64,000 nucleotides of DNA from Candidatus Latescibacterota bacterium (GCA_965221775.1 CBDCSU010000004.1:768001-832000), one strand, 5' to 3'. Counted from the stretch's first letter, positions 46,577-58,618 are shown. Notes: generated by a model not told the origin, from the sequence alone. Program-made: numbers and translations.

Positions 46577-47410
46577 TCAGTCCCCCAGGCCGGCCCGCGC
46601 CGGCAGCAGCCCCCGCAGGTTGTCCCACAGGATGCGGCGCTTGTCGGCGGCCTCCAGGTCCGCCCCCAGGACCTTGGCCAGGGTGATGCCGAAGTGGCGG
46701 ATCGGCGCGTCCGACCCGTAGACCACGCGGCCGGCGCCCAGACGCCGCACGGCCAGCTCCACCATGCCGCTCTCCGGATCGCCGCCCGAGGTGTCGACGA
46801 AGACGTTGGCGCAGTCGCGCACGTCCTCGACGCCGCGGGGATTGCAGCCGTTGAGGTGGGCCATGATGATCCGCGCCCCCGGGTGGCGGCGGGCCAGGTG
46901 GGCCACGTCGGCGGGGAAGGACTCCCCCGCCAGGTTGCCCGTGGTCTTGCGCCAGGCGTGCTGCAGCACCGGCACGCCAAGGGCCACCGCGCGGCTCAGG
47001 ATCGGGTCGAGGCCGGGCTCGCGGGCGCGGCGGGCGACCCACAGCTTGACCCCCACCATGCCCTCGCCGGCGACGCAGCGGTCGATCTCGGCCGCCGCCT
47101 CCCGCGGGAACGCCGGCGAGACGTAGCAGAAGGGCAGGAAGAACCCCTCCGCGACGTCGCGCATGGCCAGGGCGTAGTCGTTGGCCTCGCGGCACTGGTC
47201 GGGCGTCGGCTCCCTGGGCGTGCTCGAGTGGAGCGAGAACAGGACCGCCCGGGTGACCCCGGCCCGGCGCGCGGCCTCGCCCAGACGCCGCGCGTCCTCG
47301 GCGGCGCCGGAGAGGGGGAAGCCGCCGAAGTTGTCCAGCGGGTGGACGTGGGCGTCGATGACGGGGCCGCCCGGGTCGAGGCGGCGGCGCAGGGCGGCGA
47401 GACCGGTCAC
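46577..47410 (-). CDS. Amidohydrolase_2 family protein
   Basis: IDAHVH, GVKL, VLQH, IMAHL, VYGSDAP. Confidence 0.87.
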   Translation of the reverse strand: MTGLAALRRRLDPGGPVIDAHVHPLDNFGGFPLSGAAEDARRLGEAARRAGVTRAVLFSLHSSTPREPTPDQCREANDYALAMRDVAEGFFLPFCYVSPAFPREAAAEIDRCVAGEGMVGVKLWVARRAREPGLDPILSRAVALGVPVLQHAWRKTTGNLAGESFPADVAHLARRHPGARIIMAHLNGCNPRGVEDVRDCANVFVDTSGGDPESGMVELAVRRLGAGRVVYGSDAPIRHFGITLAKVLGADLEAADKRRILWDNLRGLLPARAGLGD

Positions 47411-47433
47411 GGGCGAGGCAAGGCCGGCGCGCC

Positions 47434-48189
47434 TCAGCCGGCGGCGCGGACGTAGCGCGGACGCAGGTGCGTGCGGCGGAAGCCGCGGCGGCGGTAGACC
47501 CTCTCGGCATCGCTGTCGGGCTCGGTCTCCAGCGTCGTCCAGCGGTTGCCCAAGGCCGCCGAGTCGGCCGCGGCGCGCGCCACCAGGGCCGAGGCCACAC
47601 CCCGGCGGCGGTGACCGGGAAGCGTGCCCACCAGGTCGACGTACCCCATGCCGTGATCGGAGTAGAGCAGGGCGGTGCCCGCCGGCTCTCCGCCTCGGCG
47701 GGCCAGGTAGAGCCGCACCCGGGGGATGTCGAGGACGGTGCGGCCCAGTTCCCCGGCCTCGGGCGGCAGGTCGAAGCTCCGGCACCAGACCTGCGCCCAG
47801 GGGCCGTAGTCGCCGGCCTCCGGGACGACGACCTCCACCTCCGGGGCCCGCAGCGGCTCGGCGGGGCGGTCGCAGAGCATGGCGGTGGCCCGGAGCGCGA
47901 GGTCGAACCCCCGCCCCAGGAGGCGCTCGCCGAGATCGGCGGGGCGGTCCAGGGGCGTCAGGGTGAAGGCGCAGTCGAAGGCCTGGCGGCGGAAGTGGTC
48001 CAGGGCCGCGTCGACGAGCCGGTCCACGTCGCCAGGTGCCGCGTCGACCTGCACGACCCGGTGCAGCATGGGGATCTTCACGTCGTCGTGGTGGAAGGCC
48101 CGGGCCCCGCCGAGGTCGCGGGAGACGCACCAGCGCGCCCGGAACTCGACCCAGAGCCGCTCGAAGACCCGGGTGAAGTCGTCCGTCAC
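47434..48189 (-). CDS. GNAT family N-acetyltransferase
   Basis: VGTLPGHRRRGVASAL, VYRRRGF. Confidence 0.85.
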   Translation of the reverse strand: MTDDFTRVFERLWVEFRARWCVSRDLGGARAFHHDDVKIPMLHRVVQVDAAPGDVDRLVDAALDHFRRQAFDCAFTLTPLDRPADLGERLLGRGFDLALRATAMLCDRPAEPLRAPEVEVVVPEAGDYGPWAQVWCRSFDLPPEAGELGRTVLDIPRVRLYLARRGGEPAGTALLYSDHGMGYVDLVGTLPGHRRRGVASALVARAAADSAALGNRWTTLETEPDSDAERVYRRRGFRRTHLRPRYVRAAG

Positions 48190-48202
48190 CGGCCCGGGGG
48201 AG

Positions 48203-49074
48203 CTACTCCGCGCCATTGAGGATCTGGTCCATGCGCGCGTTGAAGGCGCTGATGCGCCCCTGCAGGAAGGCCAGCACCTCGCGCAGCTCCTGCTGTCTCG
48301 CCTTCAGGCGCTGCGACTCCAGCAGCAGCGGCGCCTCCGCGGGAGGAGGCGGGACGGCGTCGCCCGGCGGGATGTCGCCCACCTGCTGCCGCTGCGAGCC
48401 CGCACCGCCGCGGGAGACCAGGGCCGCCTCGCCGGGGCCGAACTGCTGCAGCAGCAGCAACTCCCGTTCGATGGAGTCGAGGCGGTGGGAGAGGCGGTGC
48501 CAGTCCTTCCGGGCCCGCACCGCCATGTACTGGGCCAGCTCCAGCTTCTGGCGGATCTCCTCCGGGCCGTCGCCGTCGGCGAGGGCCAGCTCGTGCGCGT
48601 CGTCGAGGCGGTAGTGGCCCTGGCCGATGCTGTAGCCCAGGACCCGGCGCTCCTCCTGGAAGACCTCCAGCTGGCGGTAGAGTCCGGCGTCCCAGCCGCC
48701 GTCCTCCAGCAGGCGGATCAGCTGGCTGATCTCCCAGTCGTAGGCGGCGCGCAGCTTCTCGTCGAGGGCTTCCATCTCGGCGGCGGCGCTGTCGAGGCGG
48801 ACCTCGACGTTGTTCAGCCGGTGCAGCAGTTGCCGCGACTCGAGCTGCAGGCGCCGCAGGTCCGGGATCCCCGGGGCGCGGCTGCGGAGGCTGTCGATCC
48901 GGGAGGAGAGGGAGTCCCGGCGCGCCATGAAGCGGCTGCGGATCTGCTGCAGCGACTGCGAGACCCGGTCGACGCGCTCCCGCGACGCCTTGAGAGCGGC
49001 CAGCTCGTCGAGCTGACCGCCCGCCGGCCGCAGCGTGCCCATGAGGGCCAGGAGCGTCAGGGGCAGAAATCGGG

Positions 49075-49078
<4 letters not shown>
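48203..49078 (-). CDS. Secreted coiled-coil hypothetical protein
   Basis: Signal peptide MTRFLPLTLLALMG; heptad-rich; ATGA overlap with response regulator stop. Confidence 0.7.
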
Positions 49079-50462
<1,384 letters not shown>

Positions 50463-50466
<4 letters not shown>

Positions 50467-51944
50467 GCGCCGATCTCCGACCTCTCGGCCGCGGGCACCG
50501 AGCCGGCGGCCGGCAGGACCAGGCGGAAGACCGAGCCGCGGCCGGGAGCGGACTCGACCTCGACACGGCCGCCGTTGGTCTCGGCCGCCTGCCGCACGAT
50601 GGCCAGACCCAGGCCGGAGCCCTTCTCGCGGGTGGTGAAGAAGGGCTCGAAGAGGCGCTGCCGGACCTCCTCGGCCATCCCCGGGCCGGTGTCCTCCACC
50701 TCCAGGGCGACGTCGCCGGCGGCGCCCACGGCGCGCACCGTCAGGGCCCCGCCCTCAGCCATCGCCTGCACCGCGTTCTTCATGAGATTCACGACGGCGC
50801 GCTTCACCTGCTCGGGGTCGGCGTAGACCCGCGCCTCGGGAGAGACCTCGGTGCGAAAGGTGACGCCGGCGGCCTCCATCTCCGGCGACAGCAGGAAACG
50901 GGCGTCGTCCACCAGTTGCGACAGCACCACCTCCCCGGGTTGGGGCGAGGGCGGACGCGCGAAGTGGAGGAACTCGGAGATCACCAGGTTCATGGCGTGG
51001 ACTTGGGCGATGACCTTGTGGATGTGCTCGCGCCGCGGGTCCTGGCCGGGCAGCTCGTCGGCGATGAGGCCGGCGTAGATCTCGATACCGCTCAGGGGGT
51101 TGCGGATTTCGTGGGCGACGCCGGCCAGCATCTGGCGCAGCTGGGCGTCGCGCTCCAGCAGCTTGCGGCGCATCTCCTCCATCGTCTGCCCGAGGTAGCC
51201 GATCTCGTCGTGGGCCTGCACCTTCACCGCCCGGCGGAGGTTGCCGCGGCCGATCCGGCGCGCCGCCGTCACCAGGGTGTGGATGGGGCCGGTGATGTGG
51301 CGGGCCACGGCGAGGCCCACGAGGAAGGTCAGCAGGGTGCCGAGGCCGGCGAGGAGATAGACGGAGCGCTTGAAGCCGACGATGGCGTCCATGTACCCGG
51401 CGCCGATGTCCACCCCCACGCCGGCGACGATCCTCCCCTGGCGGTTGTGGATCGGCGCGTAGCCCGTCATGAAGTGATCGCCCGTGTCCTCGTCGGTGAA
51501 GCGCGGCGTGTTCGCCGGCTCTCCCTCCCACATGGCCGCCACCTGGGGCTTGTGGAAGGCGAGGAGGTGGATCTCGCGGCCGATGCGCTTGCCCTCCTCG
51601 GTGTCGAGGAGACTGCGGCCGCTGCGGTCGAAGACGTAGATGCGGCGCGCCCCCAGGGCCTCCCGGGTCTCGCGCATGCGCCGCCGGAGCAGCTGGTGCA
51701 GGAAGGTGCCCTCCATGCCCTGCCTCAGCTTGGTCACCTGGCCCCGGGCCAGCTCGGCGGCGATCATCTGCGACTCCACCTTCAGGTGCGAGGCGAGCTG
51801 GTCCTCGAGGCTGTCGAGGGCCTGCCGGTAGAGGACCCAGCCCGTGCCCCCGAGCCCTGCCAGGGCCAGGGTGACGAAGATGAAGACCAAGCGCCGGCCG
51901 AGCGATCCCTGGCGCCTGCGCCGCCCCTCGGCGCCGCCCCTCAC
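50463..51944 (-). CDS. Membrane sensor histidine kinase with HAMP
   Basis: Two TMs, HAMP, AHEIRNPL, NLMKNA, DTGPG, FEPFFTT, GSGLGL. Confidence 0.93.
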
Positions 51945-53716
51945 AGCCCGATCCTCGACGGGAACTGCGGCCGGCCCGCCAGTCCGGGGCGCAGCCGGAA
52001 GAGGGCGCCGGCGCCCGGGCCTTCGGCCTCCCGGTCGGCGCCCCCGGCGGTGGTCACGTAGAGCTCGTCGAAAGCGGTGCCGCCGAAGCCGGCGCTCGAC
52101 ACCTTGCGCGCCGGCAGCTCGATCCGCCGGTCCTCGCCGCCGTCGGGACGGTAGCGGACCAGGCAGCCGCCGTTCCACAAGGCGCACCAGACCCCGCCCT
52201 CGGCGTCGACGGCGAGGCCGTCGGGGGCGCCGTCGCCGCCGGAGACGTCGGCGAAGACGCCGCGGTCGGACAGCTCCCCCGTGGCGCGGTGGTAGGTGAA
52301 CCTCCAGATGATCCCGGCCTTCGAGTCGACGAAGTACATCCGGCGGCCGTCGGGCGAGAATCCCATGCCGTTGAGAAGCCCCACGCCGTCGAGCAGTTCC
52401 GTGAGCGTGCCGTCGCGGTCGAGCCGGTAGAGGCGGCCGCCGGCGGCCGGTCCCGGCAGGGTGCCGCAGAACACGCGCCCCTCGGGATCGGCGATGGCGT
52501 CGTTGAAGCGCGAGTCGCGCTCCACGGGGATCTCGTCGACGACCGGGGACAGGGGCTGGTCCCGGCGCCAGACGGCGATGGCGCCGCGGGCCATGAACAG
52601 CAGCAGCGAGCCGTCGGCCTGCACCGTGAAGCCGCCGATCGGCTCGCCCTCGAAGACCTGCTCGTGCGCCCCCGAGGCGGGATCGAAGCGGTAGAGGCGC
52701 CCCTCGGGGATGTCGACCCAGTAGAGGCGCTGCTCCCGCGGATGCCAGAGGGGCCCCTCGCCGGCGCGGCAGCGGGTGTCGGCCACCCTCTCGGCCACGA
52801 CGGGCGGGGCGGACGCCGGCGCCGGCAGCCGGCGCCTCTCCTCCTCCCAGGCCCGCCAGTACCCCCGCAGCCGGCGGCGCAGCTCCTGCGGCCGCTCGGC
52901 GTAGACGCGCATCCCCAGGACCCGGGCCTCCTCCTGCAGCTCGTGGCGCCGTTGCGAGATCGGCCCCAGCAGCTGCTCCCCCTCCGGCCCGCCCTCCTCG
53001 CGCAGCACCCCGGCGAGGACGGCGAGGTCGTGATCGTCCCCCAGCAGCTCGCCGAGGCGGTCCAGCTCGCCCCGCCAGGCGGACATCGCCGCCGGCCACA
53101 GCGGCTGCAGCAGACGGCTGTGGTACCACAGGTACTTCACGCGCTTGCGCCACTGGTGGAGGCTCTCCACCGACGGGCGCCAGCTCGCCTGGCCGAACTC
53201 GCGGCGGCCGCGGCGGTAGACGGCCAGCAGCCCGCCCCCCAGACCGCTCCAGCCGGCGCCCCGCAGGGGCCAGTCGTCGACGCGCCCGCGGGCCTGGCGC
53301 AGGACCTCGGCGCAGGCGCCGAGGACGGGCCCGCGCTCGCCGGCCCCGTAGGCCCGCCCCCGGCGCGCCGCCAGCCGCTCGCGGAGGGGAGCGAAGCCGC
53401 CGGCGCCGCCGTTGACGCCGCCCGCCACCCGGTCGAGGGTGGCCGCGAGCACGGTGGCGTCGCGCAGGCCGGCCAGCCGGCGGGCGGTGTCGCGGTAGGT
53501 CTCGTTCTCGCGCCGGTAGACCTCGGGGCCGAGGTCGGGGCGCACGAGACGCACGAGGCCGCGCATGCACTTCATCGACTTGCGCGCCGAGTGCACGTCG
53601 CCGTCGCGGTCGTCGGTGCCTTCGGTGAGACGGTGGATGGACTGGTCGAGCTGCTCGCGGGCGATCCGCCGCACCCCGTCGGGGACGGATTCAGCCGGAT
53701 CGAGACGGAAGGCCAT
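51941..53716 (-). CDS. CHAD domain + SMP-30/gluconolactonase fusion
   Basis: VHSARKSMK, LAGLRDA, LHQWRKRVKYLWY, LGDDHDLAVL; then GEGPLW, LYWVDI, RFNDAIADPEGR, NGMGFSPD, PDGLAVD, LYVTTA. Confidence 0.9.
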   Translation of the reverse strand: MAFRLDPAESVPDGVRRIAREQLDQSIHRLTEGTDDRDGDVHSARKSMKCMRGLVRLVRPDLGPEVYRRENETYRDTARRLAGLRDATVLAATLDRVAGGVNGGAGGFAPLRERLAARRGRAYGAGERGPVLGACAEVLRQARGRVDDWPLRGAGWSGLGGGLLAVYRRGRREFGQASWRPSVESLHQWRKRVKYLWYHSRLLQPLWPAAMSAWRGELDRLGELLGDDHDLAVLAGVLREEGGPEGEQLLGPISQRRHELQEEARVLGMRVYAERPQELRRRLRGYWRAWEEERRRLPAPASAPPVVAERVADTRCRAGEGPLWHPREQRLYWVDIPEGRLYRFDPASGAHEQVFEGEPIGGFTVQADGSLLLFMARGAIAVWRRDQPLSPVVDEIPVERDSRFNDAIADPEGRVFCGTLPGPAAGGRLYRLDRDGTLTELLDGVGLLNGMGFSPDGRRMYFVDSKAGIIWRFTYHRATGELSDRGVFADVSGGDGAPDGLAVDAEGGVWCALWNGGCLVRYRPDGGEDRRIELPARKVSSAGFGGTAFDELYVTTAGGADREAEGPGAGALFRLRPGLAGRPQFPSRIGL

Positions 53717-53726
53717 GGCGTTGTCG

Positions 53727-53755
53727 AAGGTACCGGGGCCCTCTCGGGATGTCCA
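53727..53755 (-). promoter_or_regulatory. sigma70-type promoter, near-leaderless
   Basis: TGGACA-17-TACCTT, 10 nt upstream of ATG, no SD. Confidence 0.55.
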
Positions 53756-53825
53756 GATTCGACCGGCCTGTGCGTGGAGGGCCCGGCGGGATGGAACGGG
53801 GTCCCCCAGGGTCGCCGCTCTGGAT

Positions 53826-55745
53826 CTAGTAGACGAGGGAGACGACCCGTTCCCTGGACCTGATCCCGAGGTCCGACTCGACCTCGATCCGCAGGATGTA
53901 GATCCCCGGACCGAGGAGGCGTCCCCCGGCATCGCGGCCGTCCCACTCGGCGCGGAACCGGCCGCTGCCGGCCGGCCCGCGGAAGACCTCCTCCAAGGGC
54001 GAGCCCCGCAGATCGTAGAGGACGACGGCCACCTCGGCGTCACCCTCCACGTTCACCAGCTCGTACTCGAGACTCACCCGGTCGTTGATGCCGTCTCCAT
54101 TGGGGCTGAAGACCGGCGGCTCGACGGTGAGGGCATTGACCGTCCGCCGGCCCACCTCCTCCAGGCCGACGCTCAGGGTGTTGCTGTCGACGATCGGGTC
54201 CGCCTCGCCGGGGGAGACCACCTGCGTCACCTCCCAGGGCCGCTGGCTGTCCATGATCCGGCCGGAGAAGACGGTGCCGAAGCGGAAGATCCGCGAGCGG
54301 AAGTCGATCTCGATGAGCTCGCCGTCGCGGCTCTCGTCGACCCGGGGGACGGCGATCTCGAAGCCCGCCTCGTCGAGGCGAAGGACCTCGTAGGCCACGG
54401 GCTGGCCGTTGAAGCGCACGCCGTCGATGCCGGCCACGGTGGTGGGCGTGTCGATGAGGATGCGGTCGAACCCGTAGTTCCCGGAGCGCATGACAGGCGT
54501 CATCAGGTAGGTGAAGGGCGTCACCTCGTCGACGGAGGCCATGGTCGGGGTGATCTCCCCGAAGACCACGGTGGCCGCCGGCGGCTGGGAGACCGCGAAC
54601 TGCAGGTACTGGAGGCGGGAGCCGGCGTCGACGGTGGAGTGGAAATCGGCGCGCACCTGGAGAAACTGGCGGGGCCGTGTGGCCCGGAAAGGCACGGCCC
54701 CTTCGGAGTGGTCGATGGGCGTGCTCCAACCGTCCCAGCTCTCGGTGTCCGGCGTGGTCCCGGCCTGTTCCCGCCTGTCCAGGCTCTCGTATCCGTCCTT
54801 TGTCAGGGGCTGGCCTTGCTCGTCCAACCGGCTGGTGGACCCACTGCCGCGGAAGGTGTAACGCCAGTAGAGGTTGGGACCCGGATCGTCCCCGGCCCGC
54901 ATGCGCAACTTCAGATCGGCTCCGGGGTCGACCTCGGCGGACCAACTGAGGTCCCCCAGGGCGGAGGGGCCCCCGAGGTCGATGACCTGGCTCACGTAGG
55001 CCGCCTCGGGCGTGTAGCCCCGGCCGTAGACCTCGATCTCGGCCATTTCCCAGATGCCCTGCGTGTTCTCGGCCAGCGAGACGAGCAGCTCCTTCACCGG
55101 GTACTCGGGCAGGGCGGTCAGCTCGATGCGCCCCCGGGAGTTCTCGCCGTCCTCGTAGACGGCCTCGAACTCCCAGTTGCGGGCGCGGATGACCGGGCCG
55201 CCCCTTCGGCTGCGTTCGGCGTCGTTGAATCCGATGCGGAACCACTGCACGAAGCGGCTCGACAGGTATCGCTCGCGCGGATACATCAGGATCCGCGAGA
55301 TGGTGAAGGTGCCCGGGAACACGAAGATGAGTTCCTTGAAGCGGTAGTGGTGGGCTCCGCCCCAGTGGCCGTCCCCGAGACTCACGGTCTCGGGATCGCC
55401 GTCCCAGAGGACGGCGTCTGGTTTGAACCCGGCCACGAAGCCGTGCGAGGCGGAGCTGTAGATGCTTCCGCCGATCTCCTCGAAGATGGGGGCCAGGTTT
55501 ACCGCCGGGTCCAGCTTGTCCGGCTCCAGGGCGTCGGGCTCGAGCCCGTGCAGCAGATCGATGGCGCCGTGATCGCTGTCCACGGCGGCCTGCCAGTCCA
55601 GTTGCACGAAGTCGGCCCCCTCGGGCAGCTCCGGCGGTGGCAGAGTCGAGCCCCCGATGCGGTAGATGGTCAGCCCCTGGGCGGCGGTGCCCAGGCCCAG
55701 CAGCAGGATCAGGGCCTGCGCGATGGTACGTCTCGTCCTGGTCAT
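53826..55745 (-). CDS. Secreted protein with C-terminal FlgD-Ig-like domain
   Basis: Signal peptide; FSPNGDGIND, YDLRG, WDGRDAGGRLLGPGIY. Confidence 0.85.
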   Translation of the reverse strand: MTRTRRTIAQALILLLGLGTAAQGLTIYRIGGSTLPPPELPEGADFVQLDWQAAVDSDHGAIDLLHGLEPDALEPDKLDPAVNLAPIFEEIGGSIYSSASHGFVAGFKPDAVLWDGDPETVSLGDGHWGGAHHYRFKELIFVFPGTFTISRILMYPRERYLSSRFVQWFRIGFNDAERSRRGGPVIRARNWEFEAVYEDGENSRGRIELTALPEYPVKELLVSLAENTQGIWEMAEIEVYGRGYTPEAAYVSQVIDLGGPSALGDLSWSAEVDPGADLKLRMRAGDDPGPNLYWRYTFRGSGSTSRLDEQGQPLTKDGYESLDRREQAGTTPDTESWDGWSTPIDHSEGAVPFRATRPRQFLQVRADFHSTVDAGSRLQYLQFAVSQPPAATVVFGEITPTMASVDEVTPFTYLMTPVMRSGNYGFDRILIDTPTTVAGIDGVRFNGQPVAYEVLRLDEAGFEIAVPRVDESRDGELIEIDFRSRIFRFGTVFSGRIMDSQRPWEVTQVVSPGEADPIVDSNTLSVGLEEVGRRTVNALTVEPPVFSPNGDGINDRVSLEYELVNVEGDAEVAVVLYDLRGSPLEEVFRGPAGSGRFRAEWDGRDAGGRLLGPGIYILRIEVESDLGIRSRERVVSLVY

Positions 55746-55755
55746 GATCCCCGTC

Positions 55756-56101
55756 CTGGCCGTGAAGTAAGCGTGGCGGGTTCGATTTCGCTCCCCCCCA
55801 CGCAGGAGGCCTTTCCGGTGAAGAGAATATCGGCCCCGCAGAGCCGCAGGAACAGGGCGCGACGCCAGCGCAAGGTGAAGGCGCGCCACCCGAAAGCGGG
55901 ACACGGGCCGCCTCAGGCGCGGCCCCTGTTCACCGCCGGGCCGGTGCACTACGAGATCGGCGCCGCTTGCAGCGCCGCTCGAAGGAGGAGACGCGGAGCG
56001 AGCTGCGGCGCGACCGGGAGCGGTATCAGCCGCGCGAGAAAGGGCGCCCGGTCAAGGAGCGCGAATTTGCGGACCCTGCGACACGCTCATTCCAGGCCTA
56101 G
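55756..56101 (+). mobile_element. Internally deleted IS remnant, probably IS1380 family
   Basis: AGGAGG + GTG ORF ..RRQRKVKARH..RPLFTAGPVHYEIG, then out-of-frame ..VKEREF..; imperfect terminal IRs (CTGGCCGTGAAGTAAGCGTGGCG / CGACACGCTCATTCCAGGCCTAG). Confidence 0.55.
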
Positions 56102-57414
56102 TCGCGCGGGATCAGTTCCAGCAGGCGCCCGTCGCCGTCGGAGAGGGTCATCTTCAACTCGCCGTCCGTCAGGTCCAGCGGCCGCGTGGCCCCGTCGGCC
56201 CGCGACCGGTCGACCTCGGCCACGGCGACGCCCTCGGCGAAGGTCAGGGTCAGCTCCGCGGCCTTCATGGGATCGCGGTTCACCACCATCAGGAAGCGGC
56301 GGTCGTCGGGCCCGTCGAAGAAGCCGAGCACCGCCGGCGCGCCGAGGCAGCTGGCGAGTCCCCCGTGGCCTTGGTGGATCCACGTCGTGCCCCGCGGCTG
56401 CGGGGAGGTGTGGAAGACCGCGGTCGAGGTCAGGGAGAGGAGGAGACGGCCCATGTTCTGGATCTCCCGGTTGATCCGCTTCGCCGTCTCGTACCAGGGG
56501 CCGCGGCGGCCCTTGCCGTCGATGAGGCCGTTCTCGCCCTCGGCGGGTCCGTAGGTGAAGTATTGCAGCCCCCGGGCGCCGTAGGCCAGGCAGCTGTAGA
56601 GCTGGAAGCGCAGGTGCCCCTCGGTCGGCGTCGGGTAGGAGAACACGGGCGTGCTCAGGGTGAAGGCCCAGAACGGCACGCCGTGCTTCAGGGCCGCGGC
56701 GCGGATGATCTCCAGGTTCTCGTAGTACTCGGGCCGCACGCGGATGGCGTAGTCGGCCTCGCGGAAGCGGTAGCCCTCGATGGAGTAGTGGTCGTACATG
56801 AGGACCTCGGGCCGGAAGACCTCCATGTAGCGATCGACATACTCCTGGTAGTCGCGGGTGCCGATGTAGTTCTCGCGCTCGTTCACCGGCGCGTAGTTGG
56901 GGAAGAGGTTGACGTAGGCCCAGTGGCCGGGGTCCATGCGGGCCAGCAGCCGGCGGCTGTGGGCCAGGGCCGGGAAGCTGACGGCGTGGGGCTCGTCCTT
57001 GAGGACGTAGGCGGCGAAGGCGGGCTCGGCCGAGTAGCGAGCCGTGCGCTCCTTCAGACTCTCCACCAGCTCCTCGGCCTTCTCCTCCCTCTCCCCCCAC
57101 TCCCAGTTCACCAGCCCGCCCAGCAGCAGACCGATGCCGTACCTCTCGCCGAGGTCGAGGGTGCGCCGGTACTCCTCGGTCGTCCCGTGGAAGGAGGGCA
57201 GGCACAGGTTGAACCCGGCCTCGGCGACGTCGCTCCAGACCTCGTCGGTGAGCAGCCCTCGGCCGGGGCCGTACCAGGCAACGAGGGGGAAGGGCCGGTC
57301 CTCGGGCGCCTGCCACTTCCACCCCGGGACGGCGGGCTCGGCGGAGGCGGTGGCGGCGAGCAGCGCCGTCACGACAGCGGCCAGGATTCCCGGCGTGATG
57401 AACAGGCCCGCCAC
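56098..57414 (-). CDS. Secreted hypothetical protein, glycoside hydrolase-like TIM barrel
   Basis: Signal peptide; AEAGFN, YVLKDEP, YVNLFPNY, YDHY, LAYGARGLQYFTY. Start uncertain. Confidence 0.7.
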   Translation of the reverse strand: MAGLFITPGILAAVVTALLAATASAEPAVPGWKWQAPEDRPFPLVAWYGPGRGLLTDEVWSDVAEAGFNLCLPSFHGTTEEYRRTLDLGERYGIGLLLGGLVNWEWGEREEKAEELVESLKERTARYSAEPAFAAYVLKDEPHAVSFPALAHSRRLLARMDPGHWAYVNLFPNYAPVNERENYIGTRDYQEYVDRYMEVFRPEVLMYDHYSIEGYRFREADYAIRVRPEYYENLEIIRAAALKHGVPFWAFTLSTPVFSYPTPTEGHLRFQLYSCLAYGARGLQYFTYGPAEGENGLIDGKGRRGPWYETAKRINREIQNMGRLLLSLTSTAVFHTSPQPRGTTWIHQGHGGLASCLGAPAVLGFFDGPDDRRFLMVVNRDPMKAAELTLTFAEGVAVAEVDRSRADGATRPLDLTDGELKMTLSDGDGRLLELIPRD

Positions 57415-57422
57415 ACCGGCAC

Positions 57423-58559
57423 TCAGCGGCTCGGACCCGCGGCCTCGGCGGCCCAGGTCTGCGTCACCTCGCCGCCGTCGACCACGGCGTAGAAGCGCGC
57501 CAGGTTGGCCACCGGACAGGAGTGGTTGGGGACGATGCGCAGGCGGCTGCCCAGGGGCAGGTAGGAGGAGCCCCGGGGCACGAAGCCGTGCTCCTCCGAG
57601 AGCTTGGCCACGGTGAGGGGGCGGCTGCGGCCGGGGAAGTCGGCGGGGGTGAAGGCGGTGCCATAGCCGGGGGCCCCCTGCAGGCCGTGGGCGCCCTGGT
57701 CGGAGGTCAGGCTCTTGGAGCCGGCGTCGGTGATGAAGTACTCGTCGTTGCGGCTGATGATCGTGGCCAGGACGGTGAGGGCCACCTGCCGCGCCTCGAT
57801 CAGCCCCAGGCGCAGGGGTGTGTGGTCCATGAAGACGTAGTTGCCGGGCCGGATCTCGGTGAGGCCGGAGAACTCCTCCGAAGCCAGCACCGTGGGGGTG
57901 GAGCCCACGGAAAGCTCGGGGACGGGCAGCCCCTGCTGCGCGAGCCGGTCGCGCACGGCCAGAAGGATGCGGCGCTCCTCGGCGGCGATGGCCCCCACTT
58001 CGGCGGCGTCGGCGGCGCCGTAGGACTGCCCGGCGTGGGACAGCAGGCCGCACCAACGCAGGTCCGGGGTGGCGTGGATGCGGCCGGCCAGCTCGGCGAC
58101 GGCGGGATCGTCCTCCCCCAGGCCGCAGCGGTGCAGACCGACATCGATCTTGATGAAGACCCCGGGTCCGGCGCCGTGCTCGCGGGCCCGGGCGGCGAGC
58201 AGGTCCAGCCCCTCGCGGCTGTCGACGATGAGGCGCAGGTCCACGCCGAGGCCGCGGCCCTCCACCAGCAGGCGGTCCAGCTTGGCGGGCGTCATCAGCG
58301 GTTGCGCCAGGGTCACCGAGGCGAAGCCGCCCCGGGCGAAGACCAGGGCCTCGTCGACCCGCGCCGCGGTGACGCCGCAGGCCCCCGCCGCCATCTGCAA
58401 TCGGCCGATCTCCAGGGATTTGTGGGTCTTGATGTGGGGCCGCAGGCGCAGCCCGTGGCGCCGGGCCTTCTCCTGCACGGCGTCGATATTGGCCTGCAGG
58501 ACGGCCCGGTCGAGAAGGACGGCCGGGGTCTCGAGGTCGGCGAAGGGGGGTTGAGTCAT
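57423..58559 (-). CDS. DSD1 / D-threonine aldolase family fold-type III PLP enzyme
   Basis: TPAVLLD, LRPHIKTHK, IDVGLHRCG, HAGQSY, GSTPT, EIRPGNYVFMD, DAGSK, SEEHG, PNHSC. Confidence 0.92.
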   Translation of the reverse strand: MTQPPFADLETPAVLLDRAVLQANIDAVQEKARRHGLRLRPHIKTHKSLEIGRLQMAAGACGVTAARVDEALVFARGGFASVTLAQPLMTPAKLDRLLVEGRGLGVDLRLIVDSREGLDLLAARAREHGAGPGVFIKIDVGLHRCGLGEDDPAVAELAGRIHATPDLRWCGLLSHAGQSYGAADAAEVGAIAAEERRILLAVRDRLAQQGLPVPELSVGSTPTVLASEEFSGLTEIRPGNYVFMDHTPLRLGLIEARQVALTVLATIISRNDEYFITDAGSKSLTSDQGAHGLQGAPGYGTAFTPADFPGRSRPLTVAKLSEEHGFVPRGSSYLPLGSRLRIVPNHSCPVANLARFYAVVDGGEVTQTWAAEAAGPSR

Positions 58560-58589
58560 GGGCTCTCGGAGGAATGGCGGCGGGCGTCG

Positions 58590-58618
58590 AAGGTATCCCG
58601 GCGTTTTTCGGATGTCCA
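58590..58618 (-). promoter_or_regulatory. sigma70-type promoter
   Basis: TGGACA-17-TACCTT, same boxes as 53727-53755. Confidence 0.55.

Noticed and set aside
42412-46980. 1522-aa and 1410-aa ORFs and similar long track ORFs
   Set aside because: Arg/Gly/Pro-rich shadow frames overlapping genes with clear motifs; expected at this GC.
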